DNA from: Bacillales bacterium UBA4045
Lineage (GTDB): Bacteria; Bacillota; Bacilli; Paenibacillales; UBA4045
DNA length: 64,000 nucleotides
Reading direction: 5' to 3'
Assembly: GCA_002383695.1 (NCBI GenBank)
Contig: DFZX01000038.1
Coordinates: 23,054-87,053, forward strand
Shown here: positions 27,306 through 36,526 of the stretch, one piece after another
Position numbering within the stretch: the first letter of the stretch is position 1
How the letters are laid out: each line of letters opens with the position of its first letter
The notes under the pieces: model-generated
Seen by the model: only the letters and a program-made list of their open reading frames with translations
Told to the model about the DNA's origin: nothing
Databases searched by the model: none
Translations under genes and position numbers: made by a program

Positions 27306-27366
27306 GCCAGGATAGTCAGAATAAATTGCACTACAGGGACAATTACTTGTAGGGAGAGGGATCATA

Positions 27367-29751
27367 ATGAATGTTAGAAAGGCAGATCTGATCTTTGTTA
27401 TGTCTTCCATCCTGCTTATTCTAACCGTTATTGGGTTTACAGGTGGATTGAATATAGCTTCCTTCAAGGGGAATTATACAGATTCACTTGTGAATACCTA
27501 TGTTGTTTCTGGTGGGGAAACTGTTCGTAAAATTGAGTATGCTGTCAAATACGGTAAGCCACTTAGCAATTTTTATGGAATTGATGAATTGTTAGGTAAG
27601 AAGCATAGAGATCACCCTAATTTGAAAGAGGTTCAAATCGTCACGCCTAATGGGGCCGTGTTGTATACCAAAGAGGGGGTGGAGGGTAAATCATATCTAA
27701 ATAAAGAGGTGATAAACGAGCTCCAGCAGATGGACGATTCTGAATCCTATGTATTCGTGAAATCAGAAGGAGATTTCCACGTATTCTTGCCACTTTATGA
27801 CCGGAATCATAGCTGGATAGGTAGCTTAGACCTCGTATTCAGTGAAGAGTCTGTTAATGAAGCAACCAAAGTTCATTTATGGGAGCTTGTCCTGCATCTC
27901 ACGATTCTTTCGATATTCTCTTTATTATGTTTAGTTGTCTATATATTCTTTGTACCTATATTGGATGCGAATGGTCATGTTCGTAAGAAGGCTATGTTCA
28001 CTGGGCTAATAATCATACTAAGCTTAGTACAAATTATATTCGGGCTGCTTAATTTCCGATTATTCGAGAAAGCCTATCAGGACGTTGCACAGGATAATAT
28101 TAGCCAAGCAGCAAAGATCATCCAAATGGATATCGAATCTGTTGTTAGTAAAGGGGTTCCTTATGAAAAACTATTTGGGATCGAGGATTATCTGAAGAAT
28201 ATCTCAGCTTCCGTTCCATTTATTGATTCAATTACAGTCGCATCGTTAGATGCAAAGACCGTATATGGAACGGAGGATAGAAGCTCAGGCTATAAACAAC
28301 AGCTAGCTGATGAATGGAATCTTATCGATCCAATGACGGCTGATCGCAACGGCCACACGGGTATTATACATATTGAGCTCTCTAAATCATACATTGCAGA
28401 GAAAATTAAACAGATAATTCTCGACATGGCTACTGTTTGGGTAACATCATTTATATTCATGGTTGAGATCACACTAGTCGTATTATTCATACTTCGACGA
28501 AAATTAAAAGATACACAAGCAGAAGAAGAAGGGGGAGATTTATCCTCTAGTGGTATTGATTCTGTTCGTCCACTCTCCTTCTTATTATTCACAGCGATTT
28601 TCATGTCCACTTCGTTCATTCCTATTGTAATGAAGGATCTTTATGAGCCTTTCTGGGGCTTATCTATGAACATGATCATTGGGTTACCCATTTCAGTAGA
28701 AATGCTGTGTGCTGGTATAGCTACGCTTCTAGCAGGGTATCTCATGGAGTATGTCGGATGGAAGCCAGTGTTCTTGTTCGGAATTCTGTTATTTGGCCTA
28801 GGCTGTTTATTCTCCGGACTAGCTAATGATGCACTGCTGTTCATTGGTGCAAGGGGCTTAACTGGTTTAGGCTATGGCTTCTCATTAATGGCACTCCGTG
28901 GTTATGTAAATTCTGCATCGAATGAGTATCAGAAGACATCAGGACTATCTGGATTATTCTCTGGATTGTACGCAGGGGTAAATTGTGGTGTCATTGTTGG
29001 AGCCATGTTGGCTGATCGAATTGGATTTTCTCAGGTATTCTACCTAGCGTTAACCATTGTTATAGCAGTTGGTATTATCACTACAATCGTTGCGAAGAAT
29101 GTCATCCTTACAGCTTCAATGGGTAAGTCTGTTCGTCAGCTAAGCAAGATGAAGCCGAGTATTATTAGTTTTTTAGGTAATTACAAAGTTCTTACTTTCT
29201 TCGGTCTCCTCTTAATCCCTACGGTCGTTTGCAGTATGTTCCTTGATTATTACTTTCCTGTATACGCCGACGAAAGAGGGATTTCGACCTCTGATGTTGG
29301 AAGAGCTTTTCTTATTCATGGGCTATTTATTGTATATTTGGGTCCATGGTTGAGCGGTTGGACTGCCAAGGTACTTGGTGTTGGTAAATCTTTAGTGTTA
29401 TATTCGATTATCGTGACTTCGGCCATGATCGTATTTGCTTCACAGGGTACACTTCTTGCAGCTTTCATCGCGGTTATGCTTTTGGGATTAGCCGACAGCT
29501 TCGGTCTAGTTGCACAGAATAACTATTATGTTGGTCTTCAGGCAACTCAGACGCTTGGAATAGGAAAAGCACTAGGTTATTATGATAATGTTAGAAAGCT
29601 AGCTCAGATGCTGGGCCCCCTTGTGTTCGGCAGTGTAATCGTATTGGAGCCTGAGTTTATAGGGATTGGTGTAGTTGGAATTGTTGTACTAGTAGCTTTA
29701 GTCGTATTTATCCTCATGAACCCGCGCTCAGTAAGCTCTAGGATGGAGTAA
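27367..29751 (+). CDS. 794-aa fusion: N-terminal TM-bounded extracytoplasmic domain plus juxtamembrane domain (~390 aa), joined to a C-terminal MFS transporter domain
   Basis: The hydrophobicity pattern gives TM1 at aa 8-28 and TMs around aa 175-230. A polytopic region of roughly 12 TMs runs from about aa 395 to the end, with MFS-like loops (GYLMEYVGWKP, GARGLTGLGYG). Confidence 0.65.
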   Translation: MNVRKADLIFVMSSILLILTVIGFTGGLNIASFKGNYTDSLVNTYVVSGGETVRKIEYAVKYGKPLSNFYGIDELLGKKHRDHPNLKEVQIVTPNGAVLYTKEGVEGKSYLNKEVINELQQMDDSESYVFVKSEGDFHVFLPLYDRNHSWIGSLDLVFSEESVNEATKVHLWELVLHLTILSIFSLLCLVVYIFFVPILDANGHVRKKAMFTGLIIILSLVQIIFGLLNFRLFEKAYQDVAQDNISQAAKIIQMDIESVVSKGVPYEKLFGIEDYLKNISASVPFIDSITVASLDAKTVYGTEDRSSGYKQQLADEWNLIDPMTADRNGHTGIIHIELSKSYIAEKIKQIILDMATVWVTSFIFMVEITLVVLFILRRKLKDTQAEEEGGDLSSSGIDSVRPLSFLLFTAIFMSTSFIPIVMKDLYEPFWGLSMNMIIGLPISVEMLCAGIATLLAGYLMEYVGWKPVFLFGILLFGLGCLFSGLANDALLFIGARGLTGLGYGFSLMALRGYVNSASNEYQKTSGLSGLFSGLYAGVNCGVIVGAMLADRIGFSQVFYLALTIVIAVGIITTIVAKNVILTASMGKSVRQLSKMKPSIISFLGNYKVLTFFGLLLIPTVVCSMFLDYYFPVYADERGISTSDVGRAFLIHGLFIVYLGPWLSGWTAKVLGVGKSLVLYSIIVTSAMIVFASQGTLLAAFIAVMLLGLADSFGLVAQNNYYVGLQATQTLGIGKALGYYDNVRKLAQMLGPLVFGSVIVLEPEFIGIGVVGIVVLVALVVFILMNPRSVSSRME

Positions 29752-29785
29752 AGATATTTGCTATAGTTGTGAACAGCGTGTTATC

Positions 29786-30556
29786 TTGGTTGTACATGAA
29801 CCTGTTATTGGAGCTGATAGAAACGTGATTACAGTTAGAAAATTAAGAGTTACGAAGGGCCCGGAACATACAGTGATATTGTCTAACGTGAATCTACATG
29901 TGAATCATGGAGAGTTTGTGGCTATTCTTGGAGCTAGTGGTAGTGGCAAAACAACATTACTTCGTTGCTTATCGCTTAGAGATAAGTGGGATGCTGGAGA
30001 AATTACTTTTAAGGGTGTAACATTGACGGCATTAAGTATATGGGGCAAATTTAAGATTCGTAAGCAGTGTGCCTATTTATCACAGCAGCCAGAGCTAAAC
30101 CAGAATAAGACAGCAGCAAAGAATATATTATCCGGAAGATTTCGAACCTCTGCATTGTGGCGTATATTAACAGGTCTAGTATCTAGGAATGAGCACTTTA
30201 CCGCCTATGATTATTTGGATCGAGTCGGGTTGCTAGAAAAGGCTAAAATAAAAGCTGGTAGCTTGAGTGGCGGAGAGAAGCAGCGAGTTGCCATTGGAAG
30301 AGCATTAGCTTGGGGTGCACAAGTGATCTACGCAGATGAACCGATATCTGGATTGGACCCCCAATCCGCAGCAAGGGTTATGGAGGATTTACGAAATTTA
30401 TGTAATGAGCATAAACTTACGGTTATCTGTTGTATTCATAATGTAGAGCTAGCCGAACAATATTGCACTAGGATGATGGGATTATCCGAGGGAGTCATTC
30501 AATTTGATGTGTCTGGTCGTAGACTTCTATCAACAGAGAAGAACTTAATTCTTTAA
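29786..30556 (+). CDS. PhnC-like ABC ATP-binding protein without cognate permease
   Basis: Walker A GASGSGKTTLLRC, LSGGEKQRVAIGRALA, Walker B VIYADEP. The SGRFRTSALWRILTGL segment is typical of the PhnC subfamily. The start is uncertain (TTG 29786 or GTG 29825). Confidence 0.8.
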   Translation: MVVHEPVIGADRNVITVRKLRVTKGPEHTVILSNVNLHVNHGEFVAILGASGSGKTTLLRCLSLRDKWDAGEITFKGVTLTALSIWGKFKIRKQCAYLSQQPELNQNKTAAKNILSGRFRTSALWRILTGLVSRNEHFTAYDYLDRVGLLEKAKIKAGSLSGGEKQRVAIGRALAWGAQVIYADEPISGLDPQSAARVMEDLRNLCNEHKLTVICCIHNVELAEQYCTRMMGLSEGVIQFDVSGRRLLSTEKNLIL

Positions 30557-30585
30557 GGTATCGTGAGGAAATAGCTTTCCGAGAG

Positions 30586-31266
30586 GTGGTTTTATTCATC
30601 GAATTATCAACACGTCAGTTGAAAATTCTTGAGCTTGTCAAGAAAAACTCACCGATCACTGGAGAACAAATTGCCGAAACCTTCGGGCTAAGCCGTCCAA
30701 CGCTACGTTCGGATTTATCCTTATTAGTGATGCTCGGATATCTGAATGCCAAACCCAAGGTTGGATATTATCTTGGTAATTCTCTTCAATCTGATGTCTT
30801 ATGGGCTGCCAAGTTAAAAGACATGATTGTTGAAGATATCATGGGTGCACCGCATGTCATAGCTGTAACTGCTTCCGTTCAAGATGCGATTATCTCCTTA
30901 TTCACTGAGGATGCGAATTGTCTAATTGTTGTAAATTCAGAGGGTCAGTTAGCGGGTATCGTCTCGCAGAAGGATCTCCTCAAGATTTCTTTAGGAAATT
31001 CGAACAGTGCCTCTATCCCAGTCAGTATGGTCATGACACGTGAGCCGAATGTGATCGTTGTATCACCTCAAGAATCGATATTAGATACGGCTCGTAAATT
31101 GATTCATCACCAAATTAATTGCTTACCTGTCATTCATAAACGTGAGTTGGGTTCAAATGGAGTAGCTCTAGAGGTCATTGGTCAAGTGACAATAACATCA
31201 ATGACACATGTGTTGATCGAACTAGCTTCTGCACAGTCTATGGAAGAGAGGATTAATCATGAATGA
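30586..31266 (+). CDS. ccpN: CcpN-type transcriptional repressor (HTH + tandem CBS domains)
   Basis: N-terminal wHTH (ITGEQIAETFGLSRPTLRSDL) followed by two CBS modules. Overlaps the yqfL-like gene, as in B. subtilis. Confidence 0.8.
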   Translation: MVLFIELSTRQLKILELVKKNSPITGEQIAETFGLSRPTLRSDLSLLVMLGYLNAKPKVGYYLGNSLQSDVLWAAKLKDMIVEDIMGAPHVIAVTASVQDAIISLFTEDANCLIVVNSEGQLAGIVSQKDLLKISLGNSNSASIPVSMVMTREPNVIVVSPQESILDTARKLIHHQINCLPVIHKRELGSNGVALEVIGQVTITSMTHVLIELASAQSMEERINHE

Positions 31267-32083
31267 TCTGCAGCACACGATATTCATATGCTCTGATGCT
31301 ATTGGTGAAACAGCGGAAGCAGTAGCGAGAGCAACCTTACGACAGTTCATCTCGACGAATGTCCAGATCAGAAGATATGGATATGTGAAGAGTGATGATG
31401 AGATCAAGCATATTGTAGCCGAAGCCTCAATACATCGTGGATTTATTGCCTATACCCTTGTTCAACCTGAGCTCCGTGAGATGATGAAAGAAGAAGCCAT
31501 TCGGATGAATGTACGAGCTGTTGATGTTATGGGACCTATGCTTCAAGCGTATATAGATACATTCAATGGATCCCCGAAACGACAGCCTGGTTTATTACAT
31601 GAATTGGATGAAGATTATTTTCGAAAAATAGAGGCTATAGAATTCGCAGTGAAATATGATGATGGCAAGGATGTTAGAGGACTTCTACAAGCAGATATTG
31701 TATTAATTGGCGTTTCAAGAACATCAAAGACTCCCCTTAGTATCTTCCTAGCACATAAAGGAATCAAGACAGCCAACTATCCACTAATACCAGAGATTAA
31801 ACCCCCAGAAGAATTAAAGAAGCTAAAGCATAAAGTCGTTGTTGGATTAATCATGACGGCTGAGCATCTATCGAAAGTCCGTACCGAAAGGCTGAAGAGC
31901 ATGGGATTACCCCATGAAGCCAAATATGCAACTATGTCTAGAATCAATGAAGAGTTAGAATATGCATCAACGTACATGAAAAGCTTGAATTGCTCAGTGA
32001 TTGATGTTACCGAGAAAGCAATTGAGGAAACCGCTGGAATTATTATGGGATTAAGAGGCGGCGATGGTGAAAGATTATTATAG
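31259..32083 (+). CDS. yqfL: Pyruvate,phosphate dikinase / PEP synthase regulatory kinase-phosphorylase (DUF299, YqfL)
   Basis: P-loop GVSRTSKTP, a 274-aa length, and coupling to ccpN. Confidence 0.85.
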   Translation: MNDLQHTIFICSDAIGETAEAVARATLRQFISTNVQIRRYGYVKSDDEIKHIVAEASIHRGFIAYTLVQPELREMMKEEAIRMNVRAVDVMGPMLQAYIDTFNGSPKRQPGLLHELDEDYFRKIEAIEFAVKYDDGKDVRGLLQADIVLIGVSRTSKTPLSIFLAHKGIKTANYPLIPEIKPPEELKKLKHKVVVGLIMTAEHLSKVRTERLKSMGLPHEAKYATMSRINEELEYASTYMKSLNCSVIDVTEKAIEETAGIIMGLRGGDGERLL

Positions 32084-32165
32084 AAAGGCTCTTGTTCAGT
32101 TACATGAGACCAGTTACAATGGTATAGTTAGTTTTTTAGTTAGGAACAAGGAGTGTTCTTAGATT

Positions 32166-32675
32166 ATGAGCCGAAGATTTGTAATTGAAGCCGTTCTTTT
32201 GACCATCTATGGTCAATTACTTATACCAAGTCGACAGGTAGAATATATCATTCCCTATTCAACCATACTGGAATTACATGATATCCATTATAGTGGGGAA
32301 TCGGTTATGCCAGATGAAGAGGAGGATATTCTCGTTAAGCAGAAAATTGCTGACTTAATTGCTTTTCTGGAGGAGCCCTTGAATAAGAAGAAGATTGAAC
32401 GTGCTCTTATGGCACCTTGGCGAATTAGCGCTCCATTATTAGTTAACGCCAAAACTAGCTTACTCGTTATTTTCTCAGATGAGAAAGGGGAATACGGTGA
32501 TGTCTTTGATCCCATCGAAACGGAGCTATTACTAACCTCACTGCGTGAAGAAATCCCGATATTAACAGATCAGGTAGAATTGATTGAACGAATATTCCAA
32601 GAAGAAATTGAATGCCAGGTTTACGATATTGAAGATTTCGAATTTGCCTTAGAGGACACAATAATAACAATATAA
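32166..32675 (+). CDS. Conserved hypothetical protein, YqxD-like by position
   Basis: 169-aa acidic protein located directly after ccpN-yqfL, where B. subtilis carries yqxD. The call rests on synteny and size only. Confidence 0.45.
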   Translation: MSRRFVIEAVLLTIYGQLLIPSRQVEYIIPYSTILELHDIHYSGESVMPDEEEDILVKQKIADLIAFLEEPLNKKKIERALMAPWRISAPLLVNAKTSLLVIFSDEKGEYGDVFDPIETELLLTSLREEIPILTDQVELIERIFQEEIECQVYDIEDFEFALEDTIITI

Positions 32676-32709
32676 GAGATCGTTTTAAGCCGATCCAAGA
32701 TAGGGGTAT

Positions 32710-34284
32710 TTGAGAATCATGAGTTTATTAACGGTAGAAGATTTAAGTCACAGCTATAGCGGTAGAGTTTTATTCAAGGATGTGTCTTTTCGTTTATTAG
32801 CAGGAGAGCATGTTGGTTTAGTTGGAGCTAACGGAGTAGGCAAGTCAACTATAATGAATATTATGACGGGTAAGCTTGTTAGAGATCAAGGTAAAGTAGA
32901 GTGGACTCCGCGAATTCGTTATGGATACCTCGATCAGCATACGCAATTAACACCTGGCAAAACAATTCGCGACGTACTAAAGGAAGCCTTCCTTCCCTTA
33001 TTAGAGCAAGAACAGCAGCTAATGGTCATTGCACAGAAAATGGCAGATGCTTCACCAGAGGAATTAGATGTGTTGTTACAGGAAATGGGCGAGATACAGG
33101 ACTGGCTTGATTCAAGCGGCTTTTATCTACTTGATGTGAAGGTTGAAGAAACTGCGAATGGACTCGGACTAGATGCAATTGGTTTAGATCGTGATGTTGC
33201 ATCATTAAGTGGGGGGCAGAGAACGAAGGTATTATTGGCCAAGCTATTGTTGGAGAAACCAACTGTGCTGCTATTAGATGAGCCAACGAACTTCTTGGAC
33301 GAAGAGCATATAGAATGGCTTTCCAAGTACTTGAATGATTATCCTTATGCCTTCTTATTAATATCTCATGACACTGAGTTTATGAATAAAGTTGTGAATG
33401 TTATTTATCATCTGGAATTTGCTAAATTAACAAGATACTCAGCCAATTATGAGAAGTTTCTCGAAATGGCGGATATGAATAAGTCACAGCATCTAGACGC
33501 ATTTGAAAAACAACAGGAATTTATTAAGAAGACTGAGGATTTTATACAACGGAATAAAGCGCGATACTCCACATCTGGTCGTGCGAAGAGTCGTGAAAAG
33601 CAGCTAGCTCGAATCGATCGGATCGATCGTCCTGAGGAAGCAATTAAACCCACATTCCAATTTAAGGAATCGCGTGCGAGCAGTCGGACCGTATTCGAAG
33701 GAATTGATCTGGAAATTGGCTATACGAATGCACTCCTGCCTCGTATGACCATGAATATAGAACGTGGAGAGAAAATTGCAATCGTTGGCTGTAATGGTGT
33801 AGGCAAATCAACACTGCTCAAAACTATTCTTGGTAAGATTCAGCCCTATAATGGAAAAGTCTATCTTGGTGATTTTCTATTCCCTGGTTACTTTGAGCAA
33901 GAGGTAAAGTCAGGGAATATTACACCGATTGATGATGTATGGAATGCCTTCTCATCCATGACCCAGAACGAAGTGCGAGGGGCCTTAGCTAGATGCGGCC
34001 TGAAGAATGAGCATATCACACGTCCACTAAGTAAATTAAGCGGTGGTGAACAATCCAAGGTTCGACTTTGTAAGCTACTCATGAGTGAGAGTAACTGGCT
34101 ACTGATGGATGAGCCTACGAACCATCTCGACATATTGGCTAAAGCTGAATTGAAGCGAGCATTACAAGAGTATAAAGGAACTATTATTCTAGTTTGTCAC
34201 GAGCCTGATTTCTATGAAGGCTGGGTTTCAAAGGTTTGGGATGTCGAAGAATGGTCGCTTCAGAAAGTAACGACATCTACTTAA
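32710..34284 (+). CDS. ABC-F family ATPase (two NBDs, no TMD)
   Basis: Two Walker A motifs (GANGVGKST, GCNGVGKST), two signatures (LSGGQRTK, LSGGEQSK), and an inter-domain linker. Confidence 0.85.
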   Translation: MRIMSLLTVEDLSHSYSGRVLFKDVSFRLLAGEHVGLVGANGVGKSTIMNIMTGKLVRDQGKVEWTPRIRYGYLDQHTQLTPGKTIRDVLKEAFLPLLEQEQQLMVIAQKMADASPEELDVLLQEMGEIQDWLDSSGFYLLDVKVEETANGLGLDAIGLDRDVASLSGGQRTKVLLAKLLLEKPTVLLLDEPTNFLDEEHIEWLSKYLNDYPYAFLLISHDTEFMNKVVNVIYHLEFAKLTRYSANYEKFLEMADMNKSQHLDAFEKQQEFIKKTEDFIQRNKARYSTSGRAKSREKQLARIDRIDRPEEAIKPTFQFKESRASSRTVFEGIDLEIGYTNALLPRMTMNIERGEKIAIVGCNGVGKSTLLKTILGKIQPYNGKVYLGDFLFPGYFEQEVKSGNITPIDDVWNAFSSMTQNEVRGALARCGLKNEHITRPLSKLSGGEQSKVRLCKLLMSESNWLLMDEPTNHLDILAKAELKRALQEYKGTIILVCHEPDFYEGWVSKVWDVEEWSLQKVTTST

Positions 34285-34309
34285 GTTTTACAAATAGTAA
34301 TTCTCTATA

Positions 34310-35065
34310 TTACATGCGACATATTTCTATTGGACATACGGGAAAGGTGGGGCAATTGCACTTTTCCTTTAAGTGACTCAAACGTTGAACGATAATCTGT
34401 CCATTCTTGACGGTTATCGTTCCTTCTGATTTTAATTCACTTAACATCCGATTAACACTTTCACGGGTAGCACCGATAATTTCTGCAAGCTCCGTGTTCG
34501 TTAACTTAATATCTAGGCGAATTCCGTCTTCACAGGCGACTCCAAAGGAATTACACATACGAATGAGCGTGGAGGATAGAGCACCAGGCTTACCATACAT
34601 AAGTAAATCTCGGAATTTTGATTGGGTAATACGATGCATAAGTCCCATCCAGGACATGAATTCTAATGCGAAATCCCCATGTCTCTGTAGTAAAATTTCT
34701 AGATCCTTCTTCTGAATAACCCCGATTTCAGCATCCTCAATGACCACTGCACTAAAATTATGATTCGATACCTGAAAGCCATCCATCTCCATGATTAAAT
34801 CGCCTTTTTGTAGAATCGACATCATCATATCTTTACCTTCTTCAGTCGATTTTATTAATTTAACTCTTCCTGATAGTACATAATACAAATATTCTGTTTG
34901 GTCGCCATCCCAGAATATATAGGAATCGGCTGTAAATTTTTTAGGATACATGATGCTTTTTAACCGACTATTGTTCTCCTCGGAGATATATTTGCAGATA
35001 CCGAATTTCTCTGTTAAATTATTTGATTTTGTCATCGCTGTAAGTTCCAATTGACTAATTGCCAT
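34310..35065 (-). CDS. fnr: Bacillus-type Fnr (Crp/Fnr family with C-terminal Cys cluster)
   Basis: cNMP-binding-like barrel and an HTH (TRESVNRMLSEL). C-terminal CNCPTFPVCPIEIC. Start trimmed to ATG 35065, after GAGGAGG. Confidence 0.8.
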   Translation of the reverse strand: MAISQLELTAMTKSNNLTEKFGICKYISEENNSRLKSIMYPKKFTADSYIFWDGDQTEYLYYVLSGRVKLIKSTEEGKDMMMSILQKGDLIMEMDGFQVSNHNFSAVVIEDAEIGVIQKKDLEILLQRHGDFALEFMSWMGLMHRITQSKFRDLLMYGKPGALSSTLIRMCNSFGVACEDGIRLDIKLTNTELAEIIGATRESVNRMLSELKSEGTITVKNGQIIVQRLSHLKEKCNCPTFPVCPIEICRM

Positions 35066-35161
35066 TATTGTTTCCTCCTCAAAAATGAATAATGATTTAT
35101 TTGATAAGTTCATCTTAATCCTTTATTGAATATCTTCATATCGGGGTATTCCCTGAATTTT

Positions 35162-35177
35162 TGTGAGATAAATCACA
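35162..35177. promoter_or_regulatory. Perfect Fnr/Crp palindrome TGTGA-N6-TCACA in the fnr / GAF-operon divergent region
   Basis: tgtgagataaatcaca read directly from the sequence. It lies between fnr (minus strand) and the GAF gene (plus strand). Confidence 0.7.
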
Positions 35178-35284
35178 AATTGCTGAATCTAAACCCTTAT
35201 CATCTACGATTAAACCCCTAGTACTTTTCAGGGAATTCCCTTACTTACAATTAGAAGTAATCAGATTAGAATGGAATAAGATGA

Positions 35285-35770
35285 ATGAGAAGGGAGCCGA
35301 GCTTGGTGAATGACGATCATCATATCAAATCTGAATTAGAATTGTTGAGTAAGCATATATCAAGTGACTTGGCGGCGATTGCACTTATTGATCAGGATAA
35401 TCGCATCAGGTGGCGATATATGTACGGAAATATGAATGACCGTTATCGTCATATGGTAATGAAGCCTGGATTTGGACTTGCTGGCCAAGTTTTCCGTTTC
35501 GGCCGAACAGTGATTGTAGATCCGATGCATGTGTATACGGAGAAAATAAGAGATCAGTTACCCATTATGCTCTCTGAACAATTGCTGGTAGCCTTTGCTG
35601 TTCCATTAAATCTTGATCAACGTATTATTGGCGTACTACTTGTTGGAGATAGACAAGAAAAATCCTATAACATTGAAGAAGTCCGACATGTCGAGCAGAT
35701 AAGTAAACAAATCATGTCCGCCCTACCAACTGAATATAGTCATACATTAAGTAATGGAATCCTTGATTAA
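35285..35770 (+). CDS. Stand-alone GAF-domain protein (NreA-like)
   Basis: A single GAF domain (GFGLAGQVFRFGRTVIVD...IGVLLVGDR) encoded immediately upstream of a NarL-type two-component pair. Possible start GTG 35306. Confidence 0.65.
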   Translation: MRREPSLVNDDHHIKSELELLSKHISSDLAAIALIDQDNRIRWRYMYGNMNDRYRHMVMKPGFGLAGQVFRFGRTVIVDPMHVYTEKIRDQLPIMLSEQLLVAFAVPLNLDQRIIGVLLVGDRQEKSYNIEEVRHVEQISKQIMSALPTEYSHTLSNGILD

Positions 35771-35800
35771 TATGAGAATTAGCTATCAACATTCGGCTGT

Positions 35801-35828
35801 TCCTTATTGAAAGGATTCTTTTTTTTGT
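35801..35828 (+). terminator. Weak hairpin + T8 tract (possible attenuator/terminator after the GAF gene)
   Basis: tcctt-attga-aagga, followed by ttctttttttt. The stem is only 5 bp. Confidence 0.3.
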
Positions 35829-35872
35829 ATATGATTAAGAAAGATTAATTATCTGGATGGAGGAAGTACAAG

Positions 35873-36526
35873 TTGATCCGACTATTAATAGTAGATGACC
35901 ACGCATTAGTCAGATCTGGTTTAAAGTCCCTTCTGACAGAAAAGCACGATATGATTGTTGTTGGTGAAGCATCTGATGGGGATGAAGCTATAGCTTTAGC
36001 CCATAAACTCCTTCCTGATGTCATTCTCATGGATCTTAGTATGCCTCACGGCAAAGACGGCTTAACCGCAACCGCTGAGCTTAGAGAACAGCTACCTAAC
36101 ATTTCAGTTCTCATTCTATCTATGCATGATGACGATGAATATTTGTTCCGTGCTATTAATACAGGAGCATCAGGCTATGTTCTAAAGAGTGCACCCTATG
36201 AAGAATTAATATCCGCAATTACCTCAGTTGCTTCAGGAAGCGCCTATTTGCATCCTACTGCAACTAAGAGACTCATGGGGGAGTATTTAGACCGGATTAA
36301 GAACGGAGCTTCCTCTAGTACCTATGAGACGTTGTCCGATCGGGAGAAGGAGGTTGTATCTCTCATAGCAAAGGGATATTCCAACAAAGAGATAGCTGAG
36401 CTGCTAATCATTAGTGTTAAGACAGTAGAAACTCACAAGGGTAACTTGATGGAAAAGCTTGGTTTAAAAACCAGACCAGAGTTGGTCAAATATGCGATGC
36501 AGAAAGGGCTGCTTAATTTTGAATGA
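35873..36526 (+). CDS. NarL/FixJ-family response regulator (NreC/DegU-like)
   Basis: Receiver domain (LLIVDDH...DVILMDLSMP) plus a LuxR-type HTH (LSDREKEVVSLIAKGYSNKEIA). Confidence 0.9.
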   Translation: MIRLLIVDDHALVRSGLKSLLTEKHDMIVVGEASDGDEAIALAHKLLPDVILMDLSMPHGKDGLTATAELREQLPNISVLILSMHDDDEYLFRAINTGASGYVLKSAPYEELISAITSVASGSAYLHPTATKRLMGEYLDRIKNGASSSTYETLSDREKEVVSLIAKGYSNKEIAELLIISVKTVETHKGNLMEKLGLKTRPELVKYAMQKGLLNFE

